Below are positions 46,694-54,519 of a stretch of DNA of 64,000 bases, one piece after another. The stretch lies in UHGV virus genome UHGV-0294963. One strand, 5' to 3'. The stretch comes from a virus. The position numbers were made by a program, and so were the translations under genes. Position 1 is the first letter of the stretch, and every line of letters starts with the position of its first letter. The notes below the pieces were generated by a model, which was given only the letters and a program-made list of their open reading frames with translations, ran no database searches and was not told where the DNA came from.

Positions 46694-46931
46694 AGCAATC
46701 CTCGTCAATGATGTTACCGAACTCGTCTCTTTCGATACCGTCTTCCTCCTCGTAGCCGATAATGTAAGAGAACACCTCTTCGGCTTCTTCCTGAGTGAGG
46801 TCATAGTCAACCTGAAGCTGCGTAATGGTTGCACCTTCGTCAGTACCGTCCCAACCTTCCTCATACAATATGCGAGCTGCCTCCTTCTCGTTATTGAATT
46901 GGCAGAGTGTCTTAATATCGTTCTGTGCCAT
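46692..46931 (-). CDS. hypothetical small acidic protein
   Basis: 79 aa ORF. Confidence 0.45.
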   Translation of the reverse strand: MAQNDIKTLCQFNNEKEAARILYEEGWDGTDEGATITQLQVDYDLTQEEAEEVFSYIIGYEEEDGIERDEFGNIIDEDC

Positions 46932-46945
46932 ACTCGTGACCTCCT

Positions 46946-46996
46946 TGTGTTTTATTGTACCTATATTATAACATATCTGATGTGTAATTGCGAAGT
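46946..46996 (-). promoter_or_regulatory. conserved promoter element copy
   Basis: gtgttttattgtacctatattataacatatctgatgtgtaattgcgaagtt. Confidence 0.6.
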
Positions 46997-47006
46997 TACG
47001 CTCATC

Positions 47007-47201
47007 TTATGCCAGTGTGCTTTCGTAGTTGTGAAGAACGTGTCTTCTGAATATTCGACCGTTGTTATCCTGCTGTATAGCTCTGTTCCAAACCTGTGCC
47101 AGGTTAGCAGGCTCCGCGTAGCATTCTGCTTCGTCTCTTGCCCACTGCTTACAAGCTTTATATAGAACTACAGGATTTCCAATATTTCTCTTCTTACGCA
47201 T
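47007..47201 (-). CDS. hypothetical small protein
   Basis: 64 aa ORF. Confidence 0.45.
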   Translation of the reverse strand: MRKKRNIGNPVVLYKACKQWARDEAECYAEPANLAQVWNRAIQQDNNGRIFRRHVLHNYESTLA

Positions 47202-47226
47202 ATGAGTACCTCCTGCCCGTTTAGGA

Positions 47227-47277
47227 CTTGTTTTATTGTATCTATATTATAACACATCTAGAGTAGCATCCCGAAGT
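47227..47277 (-). promoter_or_regulatory. conserved promoter element copy
   Basis: cttgttttattgtatctatattataacacatctagagtagcatcccgaagtt. Confidence 0.6.
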
Positions 47278-47299
47278 TTCTGACACACCGGTGCTGTGG

Positions 47300-47430
47300 T
47301 TTACATGAGTACACAATACCATAAAGATACACAGCATGCGGTAGCGTGCTGTGGGTTCCGTATCATTGATATATAATTACACACCGTGCACAACCACGTG
47401 GTATACCACAGTTTGCGAGGTGGTGCTTTC
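47300..47430. repeat. family B element pair (GGTAGCGTGCTGTG ... CACAACCACGTGGTATACCACAG)
   Basis: Seen directly. Same motifs as at 52.0 and 45.0 kb. Confidence 0.5.
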
Positions 47431-47449
47431 GTAGTAGCGGTGGTAGCGG

Positions 47450-47522
47450 TAGCTCCTCGGAGCTTCGAGTTCTTCTGCTGAGCGCCTTCTATTTCTTAAT
47501 CACAGATGCGGGTGGAACTCGA
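47450..47522. repeat. repeat D (AGCTTCGAGTTCTTCTGCTG ... AATCAC ... GGAACTCGAAT), potential stem-loop
   Basis: Near-identical element at ~52090-52165. A related one is at ~53530. Confidence 0.45.
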
Positions 47523-47534
47523 ATTGCGATAGTT

Positions 47535-47568
47535 AAAAAGCGTAGAGCTCTTTCGAGCCCTGCGCTTT
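47535..47568 (-). terminator. rho-independent terminator
   Basis: Hairpin AAGCGCAGGGCTC-GAAA-GAGCTCTACGCTT has one wobble and one mismatch. On the - strand TTTTT follows. It lies directly after the stop of 47571..47969. Confidence 0.6.
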
Positions 47569-47570
47569 GC

Positions 47571-47969
47571 TTATTCCTGGTGGTCGGCAACCCAGTCTTC
47601 GACGAGCTCTCTGAGCGCCCCGTCTGCACAGTCCAGTACGCTGTCTCCGTCCTCCTCGGCCTCTTCGATAATGTCTTCGATTTCCCCGTCCTCCAGGTCG
47701 TAACCTCTGTCAGCAGCGAACGCACGCATCTTCTTGTAGACATCGTCGTATGCTTCGCTCTCGGCTTCCTCCTTGTGGTCGGCACGGTACTCCTTGGCGA
47801 AAGCTTCGGGTGAGGAATACGGACCTCCTAGGTCAAAGTCACGGCCGCCGTTGTCGTACCATTCGGTAAACGCATTGTCGAGCTCTTCGACTGACTTGTT
47901 GAATTCCTTCGACAGGTTGGTGAGTGTCTCTTCGAGGGTCTGTACCCATTTTTTAGCTTCTTTAAGCAT
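47571..47969 (-). CDS. hypothetical acidic protein
   Basis: 132 aa, D/E-rich. Confidence 0.45.
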   Translation of the reverse strand: MLKEAKKWVQTLEETLTNLSKEFNKSVEELDNAFTEWYDNGGRDFDLGGPYSSPEAFAKEYRADHKEEAESEAYDDVYKKMRAFAADRGYDLEDGEIEDIIEEAEEDGDSVLDCADGALRELVEDWVADHQE

Positions 47970-47989
47970 ACTGCTACCTCCTAATGGTC

Positions 47990-48047
47990 TGTTGTTTGTT
48001 TTACTGTACCTATATTATAACACAGCTGAAAATTGGATTACGAATTT
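47990..48047 (-). promoter_or_regulatory. conserved promoter element copy (ACGAATTTT variant)
   Basis: tgttgtttgttttactgtacctatattataacacagctgaaaattggattacgaatttt. Confidence 0.5.
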
Positions 48048-48091
48048 TCAAGTAGGGCATGGACCTTTCAGTCCCTACGCTTGCTTGGTTA

Positions 48092-48658
48092 TTAGTCTTC
48101 TGCGAGAGCTTCGGTTTCTGCTGTTTCAGGAGCTTCCTCCTTCTCAGGCTCAGGGCGTACCCATGCACCGTTGTTCTCACCATTCTCGACTGCTGTAAGA
48201 ATAGTTCCGAACACTTCGAGTGCTACTGCTACACGCTCGCCCTTAGTGTCTGTTACCTTACAGTAGCGGTTGAACACATCTGACACTGTACTTGCTGTGC
48301 CACGTACTGCTCTATGCTCTTCGACACACTGAGCAATAATGCTAAGGTCAATGTATGAAATGAACTTATCGTTGCCAATAATTTCTGCAGCCTTAGTCGG
48401 GAGTTCTATTGCACAACCCTTTACTTTCTGAGTTGCATCGTCGTCGTTGACTTCGATAACGTTCCAAGCGAGTCTTGTGTTCTTGCCACGAGATGCTGTA
48501 ACAAGAAGCATCTGCTTAGGACCAGTAGGAGCTGCGACTTCTTCGATTACTTCTGCGGTTGTGCTGATTGTGTTCTCTACCATGGTAACATCCTCCTTGA
48601 TAACTTCTACAGTGTTCTCGATTGCCTGTGCGTTCTTCTTGATGTTCTTCTTTGCCAT
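48092..48658 (-). CDS. paralog family protein B
   Basis: 188 aa. Shares MLLVTASRGKNTRLAWNVIEV...KGCAIELPTKAAEIIGNDKFISY...AVRGTASTVSDVFNRYCKVT with 52552..53247. Confidence 0.55.
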   Translation of the reverse strand: MAKKNIKKNAQAIENTVEVIKEDVTMVENTISTTAEVIEEVAAPTGPKQMLLVTASRGKNTRLAWNVIEVNDDDATQKVKGCAIELPTKAAEIIGNDKFISYIDLSIIAQCVEEHRAVRGTASTVSDVFNRYCKVTDTKGERVAVALEVFGTILTAVENGENNGAWVRPEPEKEEAPETAETEALAED

Positions 48659-48700
48659 AATATGTACCTCCTAAGTACTCTTTACCGTGCCCTATTGGGC

Positions 48701-48756
48701 GTTGTTTGTTTTACTGTACCTATATTATACAACATCTAGGTACTGTTTACGAAGTT
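48701..48756 (-). promoter_or_regulatory. conserved promoter element copy (tandem 1)
   Basis: ttgtttgttttactgtacctatattatacaacatctaggtactgtttacgaagtt. Confidence 0.55.
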
Positions 48757-48812
48757 TGTAAATCTTTCTAAATCGTGTGCTGTGGTCTACGTCTGTGTCG
48801 TTTGTTTTTGTG

Positions 48813-48867
48813 TTGTGTTTTATTGTATCTATATTATAACACTGCTAGATTTGGTTTCCGAAGTTCT
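48813..48867 (-). promoter_or_regulatory. conserved promoter element copy (tandem 2)
   Basis: gtgttgtgttttattgtatctatattataacactgctagatttggtttccgaagtt. Confidence 0.6.
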
Positions 48868-49284
48868 CAAATCTTACGCACGCTGGTGTTTGCGGTGTGA
48901 TTGTGCAGGTGTATAGTTATACGCCTAGGTTGAGTTGCGTGGTTCTGCGTGTGGTTTGCTGTGGGTATGGCGGTGTGCGTGGTTAGAATGCTGAAGTTCA
49001 GAATCGTATATAGCTAAAAAGCCGCCCGCAGGGCAAGTCCGAAACTCGTGGAACAGGCGGCCCAGGTGGGGGTCGTCGAAGACAAGATATGTTCGTCACC
49101 GATAACGGTGAGTGGTAGGTACGAAAGGTTTACCTGTCGGTGGGCGTACAGAATGGGAGCCCGGCGAACATATATTATATTGTGAGGCGTGTAGAAGATA
49201 TAGAATTGCGAATCCTGTACGAAATCAAGAGCTTCGAGTTAAGCTGCTTTGTACGATTTACACAAATTCCGTCAGAAACCGCAA

Positions 49285-49328
49285 CAAAAACCCATCGAAG
49301 TGAGGGTCTTTACTTCGATGGGTTTTGC
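49285..49328. terminator. bidirectional rho-independent terminator
   Basis: Perfect 11 bp stem CCCATCGAAGT/ACTTCGATGGG with a 10 nt loop. It is flanked by AAAAA on one side and TTTT on the other. Confidence 0.7.
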
Positions 49329-49458
49329 TTCCCGTGTGAGCTATACGAATATATGAAAACTGTGGAACAGTCGTCAGGTTGGGGGTCAGTAGCACTACTA
49401 CTATAATGATTATAACAACTCGAACGTAGAAAGTCAAGACTTTTGCTACAATTTCGTT

Positions 49459-49512
49459 ATCTTATACAAAGTACGAATAAGTACTGCAGCAATTTCTTGT
49501 ATAAGATTTTTA
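49459..49512. other. hairpin/operator candidate: perfect 11 bp inverted repeat ATCTTATACAA / TTGTATAAGAT enclosing AGTACgaataaGTACT
   Basis: Seen directly. Followed by TTTTTAATTC. Confidence 0.4.
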
Positions 49513-49615
49513 ATTCTAAGTCGAAGCACACCGGTGTTACGTTCAAATCACTCACCGCCAAAACAGACGCCTTTCGGCGCCTGCTTCGGTATATAAAACT
49601 TAGGAGATGTGAGGA

Positions 49616-50311
49616 TTACTTAAATGATGCGATAATGAATCGCTTCGAGTCTCTTGGGAATCTTGCTCCAGTCTGGAGTAGTCTTCCATATTCGTCTTTT
49701 ACGTCACAATAGACACATCTAGGGCTAACCTTAACAATGATGCAGGTGTAAACATTCGAGCCCTCACGCATCTGAATGCGATGTCCTTCTGCCTTGCCAC
49801 TATTGAGCACTTCTTTGAATCTATCCCAGAGGGCCTGCTCGGCCGCTTTATCCTTGGCAATGATTGTGTCGTATTCTTCCTTCGACGGTCGGGAAAGAAA
49901 CTTAGGAGGTGCACAGGTCTTACCAAGAACTGTGATTGGGGTTTCCTCCGCTGCAATATAGTCAATTGCCAGTTTTTCGACATCGTCCAGAACTTTGGAT
50001 AACGAGCCACCTAAGAAGCCCCAACCGTCTGATGTGTAAATGCCGCAGAGCTTCGGTACTAGATATCCGGTAAGTTTGTCGAGGTCTCTTGACGTTGCCT
50101 CGTCGCAGTTGAGCGTATACATGATGCTGGCAATTACTGGGCGAAGAGTCAAACCCTTCATATACTTCGTTGCCATCGTGTTAAGAACGTGATGGACTGA
50201 CATAAACGCTGCGACACGTTCGATACCCCATTCCTCATCTGATTTGAGCTTGTCGGCTTCGTGAACGTTGAAATTGAACCCATTCTGGGTGATGGTAAGA
50301 AATGTTGCCAT
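49616..50311 (-). CDS. hypothetical protein
   Basis: 231 aa ORF. Confidence 0.5.
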   Translation of the reverse strand: MATFLTITQNGFNFNVHEADKLKSDEEWGIERVAAFMSVHHVLNTMATKYMKGLTLRPVIASIMYTLNCDEATSRDLDKLTGYLVPKLCGIYTSDGWGFLGGSLSKVLDDVEKLAIDYIAAEETPITVLGKTCAPPKFLSRPSKEEYDTIIAKDKAAEQALWDRFKEVLNSGKAEGHRIQMREGSNVYTCIIVKVSPRCVYCDVKDEYGRLLQTGARFPRDSKRFIIASFK

Positions 50312-50344
50312 GTGCTACCTCCTAAGGACTGTACCTGTGTGGTA

Positions 50345-50395
50345 CTGTTTTATTGTATCTACATTATAACACGACTGAGGAGCGGATTCCGAAGA
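50345..50395 (-). promoter_or_regulatory. conserved promoter element copy (CCGAAGATT variant)
   Basis: ctgttttattgtatctacattataacacgactgaggagcggattccgaagatt. Confidence 0.5.
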
Positions 50396-50404
50396 TTTAT
50401 ACAC

Positions 50405-50470
50405 GGTATGGCTTAAATGCACGCAACGCAAATGTATAAACATATGTGCAAAGTAAGCAAAACCCAGCAG
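50405..50470. repeat. family C-like element (GGCTTAAATGCA ... TGTATAAACA ... AAGTAAGCAAAACC)
   Basis: Seen directly. It is followed by a CCAGCAG...CTGCTGG hairpin. Confidence 0.4.
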
Positions 50471-50509
50471 CTAGGCCCCCAGAATCGGGAGCCTCTGCTG
50501 GTAGCACGG

Positions 50510-50791
50510 TTACTTGATTTTAACCGTGCTGTATGGAGTTTCCTTGGTAAACTTCGCTGCGAGTCTCGGGTGTGCAGCTCTGAATTCCTCAGCATTGATG
50601 GACCTACGAACTGCTTCTGTAATAGTAACGCTGTGAACACCAGCTGTCACTGTCTTTGAGGGCTCTGCAGCTGCGAATGCCTTGAGCTCTGCTTTGATAG
50701 CATCTGCTTCCTTTGCGATAGCGTCTGCTTCTGCTTTGAGCTTGAGGTACTCTACGATTTTTTCTTTTAGATTCTTCTTTGTAACTGCCAT
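50510..50791 (-). CDS. hypothetical protein
   Basis: 93 aa, Ala/Lys-rich and helical. Confidence 0.45.
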   Translation of the reverse strand: MAVTKKNLKEKIVEYLKLKAEADAIAKEADAIKAELKAFAAAEPSKTVTAGVHSVTITEAVRRSINAEEFRAAHPRLAAKFTKETPYSTVKIK

Positions 50792-50821
50792 ACGATTACC
50801 TCCTAAAGTAACTGACTTGGT

Positions 50822-50873
50822 TTATGTTTTATTGTATCTATATTATAACACATTAAGGTGTGATTTACGAAGT
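50822..50873 (-). promoter_or_regulatory. conserved promoter element copy
   Basis: tttatgttttattgtatctatattataacacattaaggtgtgatttacgaagtt. Confidence 0.6.
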
Positions 50874-50894
50874 TATGAGTTAGTGGTGTACCAC

Positions 50895-51392
50895 TTATTT
50901 GCGGTACACATGGTCCTTATGCTCTTCGATGAACGCTTCGAGTTGTTTAATAGTACCTAGCTTATCTTCAAGCTGCCTAATAGTACCCAGCTCACCGTTC
51001 TCGTTCTTGCCTTTCCAGTCCCAATTGCCATCCTTGTCTGTAACGTCCCAGTAGCGGTATGAAGGAGTGAAGCTTCGGTAAAGTGTTGGACATCCGCTCG
51101 GACTATAACCTTCTGGTGTGAAATCTGCAGTATGTGCCCACATACCGTTAGCACAGCCTTTAGCTCCAACCTTAAAGCATACATAACCGGTGTAGCCGAG
51201 CTTAATAGCTTCACTGAGGAACTGACGCATCTCCTGTAGTTTCGATTTGCTCAGATAATCAGTCCACCAATCAAAAATGCTGAGCTCATTGCAGACGCTC
51301 TGGGTACGAAGCCTACCGGGATATCTTTCTAATAAATCTTCTACTCTGTCGAGTACGTCCTGTGCGTTACATCTGAATTCCTTGTTTTCCAT
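50895..51392 (-). CDS. hypothetical protein
   Basis: 165 aa. Has a short internal repeat GELGTIRQLEDKLGTIKQLEA. Confidence 0.45.
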   Translation of the reverse strand: MENKEFRCNAQDVLDRVEDLLERYPGRLRTQSVCNELSIFDWWTDYLSKSKLQEMRQFLSEAIKLGYTGYVCFKVGAKGCANGMWAHTADFTPEGYSPSGCPTLYRSFTPSYRYWDVTDKDGNWDWKGKNENGELGTIRQLEDKLGTIKQLEAFIEEHKDHVYRK

Positions 51393-51422
51393 ATATCTTA
51401 CCTCCTAAGTAACTGTCGGGCT

Positions 51423-51473
51423 TTGTGTTTACTGTACCTATATTATAACATATGCCAGGTGGCGTTACGAAGT
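51423..51473 (-). promoter_or_regulatory. conserved promoter element copy
   Basis: tttgtgtttactgtacctatattataacatatgccaggtggcgttacgaagtt. Confidence 0.6.
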
Positions 51474-51487
51474 TATCAATTTAGGGC

Positions 51488-51847
51488 TTAATAGCCCATA
51501 CCCTTGACAACCGCTTCGGCACACTCGTGAATGTACGCCTTGCCAGCGAATGTGTAGTGTTTCTGGTAAGCCTGCTGGGGACCTTCGATACCACAACCGT
51601 AATAGCCAGTCATGCACATAAACTCGATTTCGTCTACCAGCTCGTCGTGGTTGCTAAGAGACGCCTTGGCATCGATGTATTCCTCGTCAGCTTCGTCGTA
51701 GTCGCACAACGTGTTTTCAAGACCTCCGATGAGACTGCAGCCGGCGTAATACATATTAGCGAGAATCTCACGTTTACGGTCGTCGGTTGCCTTGATGGTT
51801 TTTACAAACTGCTGAGCCTCATGAATTTCTGTTCTTGGTCTATACAT
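51488..51847 (-). CDS. hypothetical protein
   Basis: 119 aa ORF. Confidence 0.45.
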   Translation of the reverse strand: MYRPRTEIHEAQQFVKTIKATDDRKREILANMYYAGCSLIGGLENTLCDYDEADEEYIDAKASLSNHDELVDEIEFMCMTGYYGCGIEGPQQAYQKHYTFAGKAYIHECAEAVVKGMGY

Positions 51848-51871
51848 AAGCTACCTCCTAAGTGCTATGTG

Positions 51872-51926
51872 GTTATTGTTTTATTGTACCTATATTATAA
51901 CATACTCAGAATAGGTAAACGAAGTT
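51872..51926 (-). promoter_or_regulatory. conserved promoter element copy
   Basis: ttattgttttattgtacctatattataacatactcagaataggtaaacgaagtt. Confidence 0.6.
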
Positions 51927-51949
51927 TCAGCATTACGGTGTGCGTGATG

Positions 51950-52085
51950 TACAAGACATTGGATTCTTAATATAGCAACACGCACGCTAAGGTTTTGCTG
52001 TGGATACCGTGTGTATGGTTATAACTTATACGTGGTGCACAACCGTGGTGTAAACCACAGCGTGCTATGTCTGGTACAACCAGCC
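51950..52085. repeat. family B element pair (CACGCACGCTAAGG ... CACAACCGTGGTGTAAACCACAGCGTGCTATGT)
   Basis: Seen directly. Confidence 0.5.
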
Positions 52086-52089
52086 AGCT

Positions 52090-52165
52090 GGTGGTATCTA
52101 CATAGCAGCTTCGAGTTCTTCTGCTGCATTTGATTGGTTTTTCAATCACGAACTGCAGTGAAACT
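52090..52165. repeat. repeat D copy (AGCTTCGAGTTCTTCTGCTG ... AATCACGAACTGCAGTGAAACTCGAATGTGCGG)
   Basis: Matches the 47450-47522 copy. Confidence 0.45.
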
Positions 52166-52185
52166 CGAATGTGCGGTATACCACA

Positions 52186-52210
52186 ACAAAAAGCGGGACT
52201 CTTGCCCGCT
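52186..52210 (-). terminator. rho-independent terminator
   Basis: Stem AGCGGG/CCCGCT with loop ACTCTTG. On the - strand it is followed by TTTTTGTTG. It lies after the stop of 52228..52512. Confidence 0.6.
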
Positions 52211-52227
52211 CGGTATTTCGATTAGAT

Positions 52228-52512
52228 TTATCTGCCCCAGCCTTTCGCAAGGAATGATTGAACTACCTTGTCTTCGACTCCTGCGTCTTGAACTGCCTCG
52301 ATTACAGCAAGTAGATATTCGTGTTCGTCGGAAAAATCGTTCTGTTTGTATAGAGTTAGCAAGTCAGGAAGTTTCGAAAACGACGTAACTTTGAGAATTG
52401 CCTTATCTGGTTGATATCTCTGAAATTTATCTGTAGCTTCGGCTTCACTGTCTGCGTAGATTATCGTAAAATCGTTTGTACCTTTGCCCCAATATACTCT
52501 ATAACGCTCCAT
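52228..52512 (-). CDS. hypothetical protein
   Basis: 94 aa ORF. Confidence 0.45.
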   Translation of the reverse strand: MERYRVYWGKGTNDFTIIYADSEAEATDKFQRYQPDKAILKVTSFSKLPDLLTLYKQNDFSDEHEYLLAVIEAVQDAGVEDKVVQSFLAKGWGR

Positions 52513-52551
52513 GATGTACCTCCTTCGAGTTGATTAGTTCGTTCGGATGAA

Positions 52552-53247
52552 TTACGCTGCCTGGATGTCTTCGATTGCTATGCTGTCAACCTGGTCGTCA
52601 CCTTCCTCAGGAGCTTCGGTTTCCTGAGGACGCTCCCATCCACCGTTAGTGGTACCTGCTTCGATTTCTGCAAGGACCTCACGGAACACGTTATACACGG
52701 TGTTAACCTTATCTGCACCTTCGAGCTCTGTTACCTTGATGTAACGATTAAACACATCTGAAATTGTGCTTGCCATACCACGTACTGGCTTACCTTCGGC
52801 AACAAACTTCTCGACGATGTCCTGATCAAGCCAAGACACAAACTTGTTTGTGCCAATAGCTTCGGCAACCTGAGTTGGGAGGAGTGCTGCGCAGCCCTTA
52901 ACTTTAACAGTTTCGTCTGTTTCGGTAACCGGAATCTGGAACCATCTGAGGAATGTAGACTTGCCACGACTTGCAATGAACAAGAGTGTGTTCTTCGGTC
53001 CCTGTGCTTCCTCGAGTGCGTCGACCTCTGCCTGTGCTTCTTCGAGTGTTTCGATTGCTTCTACTACCTCTGTGTAAACGTTCTTCTCTGCCATATCTTT
53101 ATCCTCCTTAACAAATTCGGTTGTGATGTCGTTACCATTACAAGTTACAGACACGATTCCTTTGAGTGCCTTAACTGCTTTCTTGTTTGTGAGTGTCTCT
53201 ACAGTGCCGTTTGTGAGAGTTGCGATGTATGTATTCTTCTTAGCCAT
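52552..53247 (-). CDS. paralog family protein C
   Basis: 231 aa. The C-terminal 130 aa domain is shared with 48092..48658 and 43574..44248. Confidence 0.55.
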   Translation of the reverse strand: MAKKNTYIATLTNGTVETLTNKKAVKALKGIVSVTCNGNDITTEFVKEDKDMAEKNVYTEVVEAIETLEEAQAEVDALEEAQGPKNTLLFIASRGKSTFLRWFQIPVTETDETVKVKGCAALLPTQVAEAIGTNKFVSWLDQDIVEKFVAEGKPVRGMASTISDVFNRYIKVTELEGADKVNTVYNVFREVLAEIEAGTTNGGWERPQETEAPEEGDDQVDSIAIEDIQAA

Positions 53248-53290
53248 AATATGTACCTCCTAAGTACTCTTTGGTGCGTCCCAGTGGGAC

Positions 53291-53341
53291 TTGTTTTATT
53301 GTATCTACATTATAACACACACGCCCACGCAAAAAGAAGTT
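53291..53341 (-). promoter_or_regulatory. conserved promoter element copy (tandem 1; AAGAAGTT variant)
   Basis: cttgttttattgtatctacattataacacacacgcccacgcaaaaagaagtt. Confidence 0.5.
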
Positions 53342-53380
53342 GTGCGTTTTCTGCACCCAGTGTGTCTTTTGCTGTTCTGT

Positions 53381-53436
53381 GTTGTGTTTTATTGTATCTA
53401 TATTATAACACTGCCAGACGTGGGTTCCGAAGATAA
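53381..53436 (-). promoter_or_regulatory. conserved promoter element copy (tandem 2)
   Basis: gtgttgtgttttattgtatctatattataacactgccagacgtgggttccgaagat. Confidence 0.55.
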
Positions 53437-53507
53437 GGTACACCCAGAATAGTTACGCATATTATAATGAACGTGCGCGCACGCGATTAACACAGAAGAG
53501 GGTTAGG

Positions 53508-53555
53508 ACTCGAAGCTCAGATGGCTATAGCTTTCTTTCTGAGCTTCGAGTCCTT
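53508..53555. other. large perfect hairpin GGACTCGAAGCTCAGA / TCTGAGCTTCGAGTCC (16 bp arms, 16 nt spacer)
   Basis: Seen directly. The arm sequence is related to repeat D (AGCTTCGAGT). Confidence 0.5.
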
Positions 53556-53617
53556 CTGTTGCACGCGATTAGCAAGAACTTGAAGTTATCTACTCAACTT
53601 CGGAGTAGAAGAAATAG

Positions 53618-53675
53618 AACTTCGTGATTTGTATATGAGACTGTTTATAATGTAGATACAGTTAAACAACTTCGT
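53618..53675 (+). promoter_or_regulatory. conserved promoter element copy in + orientation
   Basis: + strand reads aacttcgtgatttgtatatgagactgtttataatgtagatacagttaaaca. This is the same architecture as the - strand copies but inverted, and it faces the small + strand ORF. Confidence 0.5.
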
Positions 53676-53775
53676 GATACTGTTCTGGAATAGATTAAAC
53701 TACTCTAGAATAGAAACTGAAGTTGTCTATTCTAAACATACCGGAGCTTCGGTGTCGTTAGCAGGAGGTGATAGA

Positions 53776-53982
53776 ATGGAACAGATAATCCGTAGAAGGT
53801 ATTCCGAAGATTGTCAGGTACCTGCGGTGGCATTCGAGTGTTGGAAGACTGTTCTAACTCGATTTCGAACTTCGGCTTGGCAGAAGACGATTTTCGACAT
53901 ATCAGCGTGCGATAATTTTCCGGTGTCTGTTCTCCTTGCTACCACCCCTGTTCTCCCGAGTTTCCAGCCCGATTTGGAGTAG
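53776..53982 (+). CDS. small + strand protein (68 aa), candidate regulator
   Basis: ATG preceded by GCAGGAGGTGATAGA. Sequence begins MEQIIRRRYSEDCQVPAVAFECWKTV. It sits in the only + strand island of the - arm. Confidence 0.35.
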   Translation: MEQIIRRRYSEDCQVPAVAFECWKTVLTRFRTSAWQKTIFDISACDNFPVSVLLATTPVLPSFQPDLE

Positions 53983-54221
53983 TTCTTTTTGTATAGAATT
54001 CACAAAAATCACCTATCGTAGGCGGTGGATTGTCGTTAGGCACTGCTAGAAGAGGATGATAGATGATGGAAATAAACGGTCAATGGGCGGAAATTTTGAA
54101 CCGGTATCTTGGTGATAACTGAACGGTTTCGAGCGCCGCGATTCCTTTCTGTTTATTTCTCACAAACCGGATGACATACCACCGTTACGCTGGTGTGTTG
54201 TTACTACATTTTCTAGAATAT

Positions 54222-54258
54222 TCATAGATTACCTGTGACATTTGTCGTTGCCGACATT
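54222..54258. promoter_or_regulatory. operator-like repeat GTGACATTTGTCG-ttgcc-GACATTTGTCAC
   Basis: Two copies of the palindromic GACAtttGTC in direct orientation, seen directly. Confidence 0.4.
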
Positions 54259-54452
54259 TGTCACCTTTTTACTCTGTATTTTTGGTGTATTACCTGGTGT
54301 ATCCATAGTGAACTCTTGGTATATAAAAACACCGAGCGTACCTAACGCCCGGTATTATTGTGATATTCAGGTTCTGTCATCGACTTCTACCGAAATCCGA
54401 TTTCGATGGAATAAACTTTCTACGTCGCAATACATATACATTCATGTCTGCA

Positions 54453-54490
54453 TTTTAAGAAATAAGAACCCCACCATTATGGCGAGGTTC
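54453..54490 (-). terminator. rho-independent terminator
   Basis: On the - strand an 11 bp stem (GAACCTCGCCA/TGGTGGGGTTC with two G-U pairs) and loop TAA are followed by TTATTTCTTAAAAT. It lies after the stop of 54520..54741. Confidence 0.55.
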
Positions 54491-54519
54491 TGGGTTATTT
54501 AATAGAAATTCGGGTCTAA

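Noticed and set aside
49112-49712. Three short + strand ORFs (49112..49303, 49140..49406, 49443..49712)
   Set aside because: They have no RBSs and overlap each other and the bidirectional terminator. The region is better explained as non-coding, possibly an sRNA locus.
53240-53443. ORF-table CDS of 67 aa (MYLIFGTHVWQCYNIDTIKH...CYNVDTIKQ...)
   Set aside because: It is the translation of two tandem promoter copies (TGTTATAATATAGATAC gives CYNIDTIK). It has no RBS and lies in the non-coding leader of 52552..53247.
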